From NCBI GenBank assembly GCA_019245575.1, contig JAFARE010000009.1:17403-81402 (forward strand): DNA of 64,000 nucleotides, in the 5' to 3' direction. Below are positions 10,014 through 19,050 of the stretch, one piece after another. Below the pieces are notes generated by a model. It was not told where the DNA came from. It searched no databases and worked only from the letters and a program-made list of their open reading frames with translations. The DNA comes from Candidatus Dormiibacterota bacterium (GTDB lineage: Bacteria > Chloroflexota > Dormibacteria > Aeolococcales > Aeolococcaceae). Each line of letters starts with the position of its first letter. Position 1 is the stretch's first letter. The translations under genes and the position numbers were made by a program.

Positions 10014-11189
10014 GTGGAGCGTGAGGCCGTCATCGTCGCCGCAGCGCGCACGCCGTTCGGCAAGCTGGGCGGCGCGCTGGCCGCGGTGCCCGCGGTCGAC
10101 CTCGGCGCCCGTGTGATCCGCGAGGTCGTGGAACGCGGCGGGGTCGCGTCGACCGACGTCGACCAGGTGATCATGGGGACGGTGCTCCCCGCCGGCCAGG
10201 GCCAGGTTCCGGCCCGCCAGGCCGCGCTGCGCGCCGGGCTGCCACCCACGGTTTCCGCCTTCACTGTCAACAAGGTCTGCGCCAGCGCCCTCAAGGCGGT
10301 GAACCTTGGCGCGTTGCTCATCCGCTCCGGCGAGGCCGACGTGGTCGTGGCCGGCGGCATGGAGTCGATGTCGCGCGCGCCGTACCTGCTCGAGGACCAG
10401 CGTTTCGGCAGCCGCTTCGGTGACCGGGTCGCGGTCGACAGCATGATGCGTGACGGCCTGTGCTGCCCCGTCGACGGCGTGCTCATGGGCGTGCACGGCA
10501 GCGAGGTCGCCGCGGAAATGGGCGTCTCGCGCGAGGAGCAGGATCAGTGGGCGTACCGCTCGCAAGCGCGCTACCAGGACGCGCTCGCTGCGGGGCGGTT
10601 CGCTGACGAGATCGTCGACGTGCCGGTCAACGGCCACGCCGTGGACCGCGACGAGCAGCCCCGCGCCGGGACGACGCTCGAGAAGCTGCGGGCGCTGCAG
10701 CCCGCGTTCGGCGAGAACAGCAGCATCACCGCGGGCAACGCGCCGGGGATGAATGACGGGGCCACAGCGATCCTGCTCATGAGCGAGCAGCGCGCGCGCG
10801 CTGAGGGGCTCACACCGCTCGGACGCTGGCTCACGTATGGCGAGTCGGCCGCGGAACATCCCTATCTCGCGACGGTTCCCGCGCTTGCCGTGGAGGCGGC
10901 GATGGCGAAGACGCGCGGCGAGGTCGACGCGGGCCGGCTGTCGCTGGTGGAGATCAACGAGGCATTCGCGGCCGTCGCCATCACCAGCACACGCATGCTG
11001 GAGGTGTCTGCCGACACCGTCAACGTGAACGGCGGCGCCATCGCCGTCGGCCATCCCATCGGCGCCAGCGGGGCGCGCATCCTCATGACCCTCCTCTACG
11101 AGCTGCGCCGGCGCGGCGGCGGCTATGGCGCCGCCGGCATCTGCAGCGGCATCGCGCAGGGCGAGGCAACCCTCGTCCGTGTCGACTGA
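10014..11189 (+). CDS. acetyl-CoA C-acetyltransferase (thiolase II)
   Basis: VIVAAARTPFGKLGG, active-site NKVCASALKA, C-terminal GGAIAVGHPIGASGARI...CSGIAQGEA. Start is GTG 10014; an alternative in-frame TTG at 9981 forms a TTGA overlap with the upstream stop. Confidence 0.9.
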   Translation: MEREAVIVAAARTPFGKLGGALAAVPAVDLGARVIREVVERGGVASTDVDQVIMGTVLPAGQGQVPARQAALRAGLPPTVSAFTVNKVCASALKAVNLGALLIRSGEADVVVAGGMESMSRAPYLLEDQRFGSRFGDRVAVDSMMRDGLCCPVDGVLMGVHGSEVAAEMGVSREEQDQWAYRSQARYQDALAAGRFADEIVDVPVNGHAVDRDEQPRAGTTLEKLRALQPAFGENSSITAGNAPGMNDGATAILLMSEQRARAEGLTPLGRWLTYGESAAEHPYLATVPALAVEAAMAKTRGEVDAGRLSLVEINEAFAAVAITSTRMLEVSADTVNVNGGAIAVGHPIGASGARILMTLLYELRRRGGGYGAAGICSGIAQGEATLVRVD

Positions 11190-12303
11190 GGTCGCGCTGC
11201 ACGATCCGCTGAGCGCGCGCATCGAGTCCTTCGTGCGCGACTTCGTGCGCCCCGTCTCGTCCGCGATGGCGCGCGGCGCAGGGCCGCGGCCCAAGGACGT
11301 CGTCGGCGCCGCAGGGGAGGCGGGGCTCGCCGGCATCCTGACGGCGCCGGACCTCGGCGGCGCGGGCGGCACGCACCGTGACTTCGTGTCCTTCATCGAG
11401 GCCGTGGCCCGGGAGGACGCGAGCACCGCCGTCATCCTGGACGTGCACCTCTCGGTCGGCACCGAGCCGATCATCGTTTTTGGCGATGATGACCAAAAGC
11501 GGCGATATCTTTCCCGGCTGGCGCGCGGCGAATGGCTCGCGGGCTTCGCTCTCACGGAGCCTGCGGGTGGCAGTGACGCGGCAGCGCTGCAGACGCGCGC
11601 GCTGCGCGACGGCGACGAGTACGTCGTCAGCGGCGCCAAGACGTTCATCACGGGCGCCGGCGACGCGGACGTGTACATCGTCATGGCGCGCACCGGCGAG
11701 GGCCGCGACGGCATCTCGGCGTTCATCGTCGAGTCGCGCTGGCCCGGTGTGAGCGCCGGACAGCCGTTCACCAAGCTCGGGCTGCACGGCTCGTGGACGG
11801 GAGAGGTGGTGTTCGACTCGGTGCGCGTACCCGCGGCGAACCGTCTCGGCGACGAGGGCAAGGGCTTCCGCGTGGCCATGGCGGCGCTGGACAGCGGCCG
11901 GGTGGGGATCTCGGCTCAGGCCGTGGGCATCGCGCAGGGCGCGCTCGACGTGACCGTCGCGCGTGCGCGAGAGCGCCGGGCAGCCGGACGCGAGGTCGAC
12001 GAGATGCACCTCGCCGACATGGAGGCATGGACCGCGGCCTCGCGCGCGCTGACATGGCACGCTGCGTCCATGGTGGATGCCGGACAGAACGTCACACGCG
12101 ACGCATCGGTCGCGAAGCTGTACGCCACGGATGCCTGCGTGTCCGTGGCGCACGCCGCTGTGGAGATGTGCGCTCCGGACTCGGCGCTGGACGATCATCC
12201 GGCCGCGGTGCGCTTGCGCGACGCCAAGGCATGCCAGATCTACGAGGGCACCAACCAGGTGCAGCGCATGGTGATCGCGCGGCGCCTGCTGCGGGTTGAG
12301 TAG
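11179..12303 (+). CDS. acyl-CoA dehydrogenase
   Basis: FALTEPAGGSDAAA...CQIYEGTNQVQRMVIARRLL. GTG 11179 is preferred (11-nt overlap with the thiolase). The ATG at 11125 would overlap it by 65 nt. Confidence 0.85.
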   Translation: MSTEVALHDPLSARIESFVRDFVRPVSSAMARGAGPRPKDVVGAAGEAGLAGILTAPDLGGAGGTHRDFVSFIEAVAREDASTAVILDVHLSVGTEPIIVFGDDDQKRRYLSRLARGEWLAGFALTEPAGGSDAAALQTRALRDGDEYVVSGAKTFITGAGDADVYIVMARTGEGRDGISAFIVESRWPGVSAGQPFTKLGLHGSWTGEVVFDSVRVPAANRLGDEGKGFRVAMAALDSGRVGISAQAVGIAQGALDVTVARARERRAAGREVDEMHLADMEAWTAASRALTWHAASMVDAGQNVTRDASVAKLYATDACVSVAHAAVEMCAPDSALDDHPAAVRLRDAKACQIYEGTNQVQRMVIARRLLRVE

Positions 12304-12315
12304 GATCAGGCGGCG

Positions 12316-13464
12316 ATGGACGTGCGTCTCAACGAAGAGCAGATGATGATCCGGCAGACGGTGCGAGACCTCGCGCGCTCGCGCATCGCGCCGCGCGCCG
12401 CCGAGATCGACCGCACCGGCGAGTTCCCCTGGGACGTCGTCGATCTCTTCCGGCAGCACGACCTCTTTGCGCTGCCGTTCCCGCCGGAGCACGGCGGACT
12501 GAGCGGGAGCGCGCTGACGCTCAACGTCGCCATCGAGGAGCTGGCCAAGGTGTGCGCCACCAGCGCGCTCATCCTCGCGGTGCAGGCGCTCGGCGCGTAC
12601 CCCGTGATGATCGCGGGCACCGACGAGCAGAAGCAGCGTCTGCTGCCCGACCTCGCCGCCGGCAAGAAGCTCGCGGCCTACGCGCTCAGCGAGCCCGGCG
12701 CAGGCAGCGACCCCGCCGGAATGGTGACTCGCGCCGAGCGGCATGGCGATGAGTACGTCATCACCGGCAGCAAGATCTGGATCACGGACGGCGGCGTGGC
12801 CGACACCATCACCGTGTTCGCCAAAACAGACCCGGCGGCGCGATCCAAGGGCGTGTCCGCGTTCGTGCTCGAAGACGCGCAGCAGCTCAAGGGTTTCCAG
12901 GCGAGCACGATCCACGGCAAGCTCGGCATCCGCGGCAGCAACACGGCCGAGCTGCAGCTCGACGAAGTTGTCGTGCCGGCGGCGAACCTGCTCGGCGAGG
13001 AGGGCGACGGATTCCGCATAGCGATGCGTGTGCTCGACCGGTCGCGACCCGGCGTGGCAGCGCAGGCGCTGGGCATCGCACAGGGCGCGCTCGACTACGC
13101 GGTGGGTTACGCGCGCGAGCGCAAGCAGTTCGGCAAGTCGATCGGGGAGTTCCAGGGCATCCAGTTCATGCTCGCCGACATGGAGGCGCAGACCGCGGCG
13201 GCGCGCGCGATGGTGTACTGGGCCTCGCAGCTGATCGACGACCACAGCCCCGAGGTCACGCACCATGCGGCCATCGCGAAGCTGCTGGCCGGCGACGCGG
13301 CGATGAAGGTCACCACCGACGCCGTGCAGATCCTCGGTGGGTACGGCTACGTGAACGAATACCCCGTCGAACGGATGATGCGCGACGCCAAGATCACGCA
13401 GATCTACGAGGGAACCAACCAGATCCAGCGCGTGGTGATCGCGCGCGACCTCCTGCGCGCCTGA
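12316..13464 (+). CDS. acyl-CoA dehydrogenase
   Basis: 382 aa. YALSEPGAGSDPAG...TQIYEGTNQIQRVVIARDLL. Confidence 0.9.
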   Translation: MDVRLNEEQMMIRQTVRDLARSRIAPRAAEIDRTGEFPWDVVDLFRQHDLFALPFPPEHGGLSGSALTLNVAIEELAKVCATSALILAVQALGAYPVMIAGTDEQKQRLLPDLAAGKKLAAYALSEPGAGSDPAGMVTRAERHGDEYVITGSKIWITDGGVADTITVFAKTDPAARSKGVSAFVLEDAQQLKGFQASTIHGKLGIRGSNTAELQLDEVVVPAANLLGEEGDGFRIAMRVLDRSRPGVAAQALGIAQGALDYAVGYARERKQFGKSIGEFQGIQFMLADMEAQTAAARAMVYWASQLIDDHSPEVTHHAAIAKLLAGDAAMKVTTDAVQILGGYGYVNEYPVERMMRDAKITQIYEGTNQIQRVVIARDLLRA

Positions 13465-13467
13465 CGT

Positions 13468-14436
13468 TCAGCGAGTCGTCAGCACCACCTTGCCGGTGGC
13501 TCGCCGCTCCTCGAGCATGCGGAGCGCGCCCGCGGCGTCCGTCAGCGGCAGCGCCGCGCCGACGACGGGTGCCACCACACCGCGCTCGATCATGGTGTCC
13601 AACTCACTCTGCGTGGACGCGAACAGCTCTGGTTCCACACCGAGAAAGGCGCCCCATGCGGCGCCCACCACCTCGACGTTGCGGAACAGCAGGCGGTTCA
13701 CCTGCACGGACGGGATGCGCCCCTCGGTGAAACCCACGACGATCAGCCTGCCCTCCGGCGCGAGGCAGCGGAGGCTGGCGTCGAAGCGGTCGCCGCCGAC
13801 GGGATCGAGGATCACGTCCACCCCGCGTCCGCCGTCGAGCTCGCGCAGCGCGCTCACCCAGTCGCCCGATGCGTCGACGACGTCGTCGGCGCCCGCGTTG
13901 CGGGCAATCTCCGCCTTCTCAGCGCTGGACGTCACCGCGATGACGCGTGCGCCGAGGCCGCGCGCCACCTGCACCGCCGCGGTGCCCACACCGCCGGCGG
14001 CGCCGTGCACCGCCACGCACTCGCCCTCGCGCACCCGGCCCCGGCGCGCCAGCGCGAAGTGCGCGGTGTGGTAGTTCATCAGGAAGCCGCCGGCGGCCTC
14101 GTCGCTCATGCCGCCGGGGACGCGCACGGTGAGCGCCGGATCGGCGGCGGCGACGTCGGCGAAACCTCCGAGCCCGGTGAAGGCCATCACGCGGTCGCCC
14201 GTTGCGAAGCCCGAGTCCGGCGGAGCGCTGCGCACCGTGCCGGCGACGTCCACACCGGGGACGAATGGAAGCGGCGGCTTCATCTGGTACAGCCCCCGGC
14301 TGAGGAGCAGGTCGGGGAAGCTGACGCCGGCCACGGACACGTCGATGAGCACCCGCCCGTCGCCGCTCGGCGCATCGATGTCCACGAGGCGGAGGCCGCC
14401 GGGACCGTCGAGCGATGTCACCTGCTGCGCGCGCAC
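13468..14436 (-). CDS. NADPH:quinone oxidoreductase / zinc-type alcohol dehydrogenase family
   Basis: MDR fold with VAVHGAAGGVGTAAVQVARGLGARVIA. GTG at 14436 (VRAQQVTSLDGPGGLRLVD) gives a typical N-terminus; the upstream part of the track ORF is Cys/Trp-rich junk. Confidence 0.85.
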   Translation of the reverse strand: MRAQQVTSLDGPGGLRLVDIDAPSGDGRVLIDVSVAGVSFPDLLLSRGLYQMKPPLPFVPGVDVAGTVRSAPPDSGFATGDRVMAFTGLGGFADVAAADPALTVRVPGGMSDEAAGGFLMNYHTAHFALARRGRVREGECVAVHGAAGGVGTAAVQVARGLGARVIAVTSSAEKAEIARNAGADDVVDASGDWVSALRELDGGRGVDVILDPVGGDRFDASLRCLAPEGRLIVVGFTEGRIPSVQVNRLLFRNVEVVGAAWGAFLGVEPELFASTQSELDTMIERGVVAPVVGAALPLTDAAGALRMLEERRATGKVVLTTR

Positions 14437-14647
14437 GCTGCCTCCGCTCCCATTGGTGATCGCGGCGATCCGGCCACACACCCAGCACGCCACGAGGTGG
14501 GTTACTCTAGCCTGCACCCCCCGGTAACCCGACGTCCCAATCCACGTTCCACCTAGGGAGACCACGCGGCACCACGTGTCGCAGGGATCTTCAACGCATC
14601 GGACGCACATGCGTTCGCGGTAAGGATCAGGCCCCCGGAAACTGACG

Positions 14648-16090
14648 ATGGCTTCGATTTCAGCTTCGCGCCGCCGGCGCTCGAGCTACAACCTGCTGCC
14701 GCACTGGCTCACCGTGAAGCGGCTCGTCATCACGCTGGTCGCGGTGGTGGGCATCGCGGTCGGCACGTACGGCGTCCGTCTGGCGTTCGGCCTCGCTCAC
14801 GCATTCCACACCAACCCGATCAGCGCCATCCTCGGCGCGCTCGGCGGCGGCAACGGCTCCAACGTGGCGCAGTCCCGCCAGCGGCTGCAGCGCATCAACA
14901 TCATGGTGTACGGCTATGGCGGCGGCGGGCACGACGGCGCGTACCTCAGCGACTCGATGATGCTGATCTCCATCAACCCGCAGCAGAGCGGGCCGCCACA
15001 GATCGCGGAGATCTCGATCCCGCGCGACTGGTACGTGCCCATCGAGCTCACGCAGGCGAAGCAGCGCTTCGGCCGGCTCAATGAGGCGTATTCCGACGGC
15101 ATGATGGGCTGGGGAACGGAGCCCGGAAACCAGGTCACGTCGGGCGCATCGGTGGGGGATCCCACCATCGAGCACCTGCTCGGGGTGCACGTCGACTACT
15201 TCGTCGGCATCGACTTCTCCGCATTCAAGCAAGCGGTCGACTCGGTGGGCGGCGTCGACGTCAACGTGCCCAACACGTTCACGGACTACCAGTACCCCCA
15301 CGGCGAGTGCGACCAGGGTGACTGCGGGTACATGACGGTGCACTTCAACGCCGGGCCGCAGCACATGAACGGCGCGACGGCGCTGATCTTCGCGCGCTCG
15401 CGCCATGGCGACAACGGCGAGGGCTCCGACTTCGCGCGCAGCCGGCGGCAGCAGCTGATCGTGGCCGCGCTCAAGTCGAAGGTCGTGAGCATCGGCGGCA
15501 TCGGCAACCTGCCCGACCTGCTCAACGCCCTCGGCGACAACGTGCTCACCAACCTGACGATCAGCGACGCGGAAGCGCTGTACGGGATGGTGAAGGACGT
15601 CAATCCGGTGACCATCGAGCACGTCAGCCTCGACGACACCAACTTCCTCTACGACTGCGGCTACCCGCGCAACTGCGGCGCGTACTACCTGTTCGCGCAT
15701 GACGACACCTTCCAGTCCGTGCAGCGGTACATCCAGAACATCTTCCCGGCGCCGGCGGTGGTGAGCCAGAAGGCGCCCCTCACGTTCTTCGACGCGAGCG
15801 GGCGCGGCCTCAATGCGTCGACGCGCTGGAGCCAGCTCGCGGCCATGCTCGGCCTCAAGACGTCCGACGGCGGCAGGGCGCCGCGGCAGGCGCTCACCGA
15901 GGTGATCGACGAGAGCGGCGGAAAGGACGCGCAGACCGCCAAGTGGCTGGCGTCATACTTCGGCGTCACCGTGACCACCCAGGCCGTGCAGCCGGCGGCG
16001 AGCGGCCCTGCTGCGGCGGGCGGCGTGGTGGTGGTGCTGGGGAGCGACGAGGAGCAAGCGTTCGCGGGCTCACCCGGCGTCGGGAGTTGA
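14648..16090 (+). CDS. LytR-CpsA-Psr (LCP) family cell-envelope phosphotransferase
   Basis: N-terminal TM anchor, then RINIMVYGYGG...LSDSMMLISI...SIPRDW...VDYFVGIDFSAFKQAVDSVGGVDVNVP...MNGATALIFARSRH...SDFARSRRQQ. Confidence 0.85.
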   Translation: MASISASRRRRSSYNLLPHWLTVKRLVITLVAVVGIAVGTYGVRLAFGLAHAFHTNPISAILGALGGGNGSNVAQSRQRLQRINIMVYGYGGGGHDGAYLSDSMMLISINPQQSGPPQIAEISIPRDWYVPIELTQAKQRFGRLNEAYSDGMMGWGTEPGNQVTSGASVGDPTIEHLLGVHVDYFVGIDFSAFKQAVDSVGGVDVNVPNTFTDYQYPHGECDQGDCGYMTVHFNAGPQHMNGATALIFARSRHGDNGEGSDFARSRRQQLIVAALKSKVVSIGGIGNLPDLLNALGDNVLTNLTISDAEALYGMVKDVNPVTIEHVSLDDTNFLYDCGYPRNCGAYYLFAHDDTFQSVQRYIQNIFPAPAVVSQKAPLTFFDASGRGLNASTRWSQLAAMLGLKTSDGGRAPRQALTEVIDESGGKDAQTAKWLASYFGVTVTTQAVQPAASGPAAAGGVVVVLGSDEEQAFAGSPGVGS

Positions 16091-16111
16091 CGAGCACAGC
16101 GAGGGATTGAC

Positions 16112-17146
16112 GTGAAGATCGGGCTTCTCACCGGCGGGGGAGACGCCCCCGGTCTCAACGCAGCCATTCGCGCCGTGGGCCGGCGCGCCCTGCTCGGCGG
16201 CGACTCGCTGGCCGGCATTCGCAACGGGTGGGCGGGGCTGCTCGGCGACGGCGACATCGAGCCGATGGACCGGCCCATGTTCTCCGGCATCCTGCAGCTG
16301 GGCGGGACCGTGCTGGGCAGCTCGCGTGTCAACCCGATCAAGCGCGAGGGCGGCCTCGAGGAGGTGCTGCGCAACATCGACCGGCAGGGACTCGAGGCCC
16401 TGGTGGCGATCGGCGGTGATGACACGCTCAGTGTCGCCGCGTGGCTCGCTGATCGCGGGGCGCACGTTGTGGGCGTGCCCAAGACGATGGACAACGACCT
16501 CATGGTCACGGAGTACTGCATCGGCTTCGACAGCGCTGTGAGCGTCGTCGCTGAGGCGCTCGACCGCCTGCACACCACGGCGATGTCGCATCACCGTGTG
16601 ATGGTGCTCGAGGTGATGGGACGCGACACGGGCTGGGTCGGCGTGATGGGCGGGCTCGCCGGCGGCGCCGACATGATCATCATTCCCGAGTTCCCGGTCA
16701 CGGTGGACGAGGTGATCGAGCACCTCGACAAGCGCAGTGCCGCGGGAAGCGACTTCAGCATCATCGTGGTGACGGAAGGCGTCGAGATGGAAGGTCTGCG
16801 GGGCAAGGACGACGCCGGCGAAAAGCGGGACGCGTTCGGCCACGTGCAGCTGGGCCGGCGTGGGGTGGGCGAGACGCTGGCGCGCATCATCGAGGAGCGC
16901 ACCGGCCACGAGACGCGCGCCACGGTGCTGGGACACCTTCAGCGCGGCGGCTCGCCCTCTGCGTACGACCGCATCTGGGCCACGCGCGTGGGCGCAGCCG
17001 CATACGACCTGGTGCGCGGAAATCGCTGGGGCATGATGCCCGTGGTGCAATGCGGCGCGGTGGAGATCGCCAGGATCGCCGACGTGGTCGCCGAGCCACG
17101 GCGCGTCCCGCGCGACCTCTACGAGCTGGCACAGGTCTTCTACTGA
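16112..17146 (+). CDS. pfkA: 6-phosphofructokinase (GGDDT/PKT signature suggests a PPi-dependent type)
   Basis: KIGLLTGGGDAPGLNAAIRAV, AIGGDDTLSVA, VGVPKTMDNDL, MGRDTGW; GTG start. Confidence 0.9.
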   Translation: MKIGLLTGGGDAPGLNAAIRAVGRRALLGGDSLAGIRNGWAGLLGDGDIEPMDRPMFSGILQLGGTVLGSSRVNPIKREGGLEEVLRNIDRQGLEALVAIGGDDTLSVAAWLADRGAHVVGVPKTMDNDLMVTEYCIGFDSAVSVVAEALDRLHTTAMSHHRVMVLEVMGRDTGWVGVMGGLAGGADMIIIPEFPVTVDEVIEHLDKRSAAGSDFSIIVVTEGVEMEGLRGKDDAGEKRDAFGHVQLGRRGVGETLARIIEERTGHETRATVLGHLQRGGSPSAYDRIWATRVGAAAYDLVRGNRWGMMPVVQCGAVEIARIADVVAEPRRVPRDLYELAQVFY

Positions 17147-18843
17147 CCAGATTCCGCAAGCTTCGCTCGGCCTCGCTGCTCGCGCTGGGCGGATACGCTG
17201 CGGCTGCGCTGGTGCTGACCGCGCCCGCGTGGCTCCATGCGACGACGTCGTGGCCGGGCAACGTCGGCGATCCGTACAAGTTCATGGACTGGCTCGCATG
17301 GATTCCGCACGCCGTCGCTCATTTTCAGAATCCATTCTTCAGCAGCGCCGTCGATGCGCCGCGTGGCGTGAACCTGGCGTGGGAGACGACCGTTCCCCTG
17401 GGCGCAATCCTCGTCTGGCCGGTCACCGCGACGCTCGGTCCGATAGCCGCGTACAACGTCTGGCTGCTGGTCGCCCTGACGCTCGACGGCTGGTGCACGT
17501 ACGTGTGGCTGCGCCGCCATGCTCGCGGCGCGGCGGCCTTCCTCGGCGGCCTCACATTCGCGCTCGGCCCGTATCTGGTGACGCACAGCTACAACCACCT
17601 CAACCTCGTGTCCGCGTTTCCGATTCCGCTCCTGTTCCTCGTCATTGACCGATTCGTCGCCGGTTCGCTCACGTGGTGGAGAGCCGGGATGGCGGCAGGC
17701 GTGCTCGCCGCCGCACAGCTCTATCTGGCCGAAGAGCTGCTCGCTCTGGCCGCGATCGGACTGGTGGCGGCGCTGTTGGTTGCACTTCCATCGCACCCGC
17801 CGACGCTTGTGCGTGTTGCCAGGGCTTCGGCCCTGGCGATCGTGACGTGCGCCGTGCTCGCCGGTCCGATGCTGGCCTTTCAGTTCTTCGGTCCACTGGC
17901 GGTGCACGGCGCGATCCAGCCAAGCGACGTCTACGTCACCGATCTGCAGAACCTTTTCGTTCCGACCAGGCTGACGTTGCTCCATCCCGGGACCGTGAGC
18001 ACAGAGCTGGCGAGTGCCTGGACCGGCAACCTCGGGGAACAGACGGGGTATGTGAGCATCCCGCTGCTGCTGCTGACCGCCTACGCGCTGTGGCGGTGGT
18101 GGAGGGAACCACTCGTGCGCGTCGTTGGTGGCGCGTCGTTGCTGCTGCTGGTGCTGAGCCTGGGCCCCCATGTTCATGTGGGCGGCTCGACGTCGATACC
18201 TCTTCCCGGTCTCATCCTGATGCGGCTGCCGGTGGTGGACCACATGCTGCCCGCGCGGCTCTCGCTGATTGCCGCGATGGGCCTGGCCCTGCTGCTGGCG
18301 CTGACGCTGGATCGGACCGTGCTCGCATCGCCGCGCCGAGCGGTGACGGGCAGCGTGCTGGGTGTGCTCAGCGTGATCGCGCTCATTCCCACGGCGCCCA
18401 TCCCGACGTCGACGACCGACGTGCCCGCCTACTTCACCGCAGACGACGGTGCTCGCGCGCTGCCCAGGGGGACCGTCGCGCTTGTGCTGCCGTACATCGA
18501 CGACGGCGGCGCAACAGCGGTGCCGATGCTCTGGCAGGCTGAGTCCGACTTCCATTACTCCATGGTCGACGGCCTGGCCATCACGGTCGCGCCGAACGGT
18601 CACTCAGCATTCCTCGTCGACAGCCCGCTCCGCTCTGCGTTGCACGACATCCAGGTGACGGGCAAGCCACCGCCTGAGACAGACGATCTGAAGCGGACCC
18701 TCGACGCCGTCCTCAATGGCGACCACGTGTCGTTGATCATCGTCGGCCCCATGCCGAATCGCGGCGCCGCCGAATCCTTCGTGAGCTGGCTGACCGGCTC
18801 GCCGCCGCAGCACTCGTCCGGGGTCAGCATCTGGCGGTGGTGA
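17050..18843 (+). CDS. large polytopic membrane protein, function unassigned (possibly a GT-C/YfhO-like envelope glycosyltransferase)
   Basis: About 12 or more hydrophobic helices followed by a C-terminal soluble domain. Start is uncertain. ATG 17050 overlaps pfk by 97 nt. The next canonical in-frame start, GTG 17212, would delete the RFRKLRSASLLALGGYAAAALVL signal-anchor. A CTG at 17143 forms a CTGA overlap. Confidence 0.6.
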   Translation: MRRGGDRQDRRRGRRATARPARPLRAGTGLLLTRFRKLRSASLLALGGYAAAALVLTAPAWLHATTSWPGNVGDPYKFMDWLAWIPHAVAHFQNPFFSSAVDAPRGVNLAWETTVPLGAILVWPVTATLGPIAAYNVWLLVALTLDGWCTYVWLRRHARGAAAFLGGLTFALGPYLVTHSYNHLNLVSAFPIPLLFLVIDRFVAGSLTWWRAGMAAGVLAAAQLYLAEELLALAAIGLVAALLVALPSHPPTLVRVARASALAIVTCAVLAGPMLAFQFFGPLAVHGAIQPSDVYVTDLQNLFVPTRLTLLHPGTVSTELASAWTGNLGEQTGYVSIPLLLLTAYALWRWWREPLVRVVGGASLLLLVLSLGPHVHVGGSTSIPLPGLILMRLPVVDHMLPARLSLIAAMGLALLLALTLDRTVLASPRRAVTGSVLGVLSVIALIPTAPIPTSTTDVPAYFTADDGARALPRGTVALVLPYIDDGGATAVPMLWQAESDFHYSMVDGLAITVAPNGHSAFLVDSPLRSALHDIQVTGKPPPETDDLKRTLDAVLNGDHVSLIIVGPMPNRGAAESFVSWLTGSPPQHSSGVSIWRW

Positions 18844-18856
18844 GCAGGGTCGTCGC

Positions 18857-19030
18857 GCTGCGGGGTCCTGCCGCCTCAGGGAACCCTCGCCGTCCTGCGC
18901 AGGATTCCACCCCAGGTCTTCGGATGCGCCCAAGGACTCTCGTGGTGATGCGGGCGCGCGTGACCGTCTGACCTGGGTCCCGGAATCCTGCTCCGGCCGG
19001 CGCTGCCCCCTAAGGCGTCACCCGCGCAGC
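18857..19030 (-). repeat. copy A of an unclassified structured intergenic element (candidate ncRNA / 3'UTR element or MITE-like repeat)
   Basis: The reverse complement aligns with 24151-24339 and 61374-61571 (core GCGCCGGCCGGAGCAGGATTCCGGGACCCAGGTCAGA...CACGAGAGTCC...AGACCTGGGGTGGAATCCTGCGCAGGACGGCGAGGG). It folds as a long rod closed by GCTGCGGGG/CCCGCGCAGC. Confidence 0.8.
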
Positions 19031-19050
19031 CGAGATGATGCTGATGGCCG

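Noticed and set aside
14437-14647. Lower-GC divergent spacer with a GGGTTAC...GTAACCC hairpin (14499-14530) and an ACGCA-N2-TGCGT inverted repeat (about 14603-14614), as a possible riboswitch or operator.
   Set aside because: The stems are short with large loops, there is no match to any known motif, and there is no second copy. It most likely just holds the two divergent promoters, so it was not reported as a feature.
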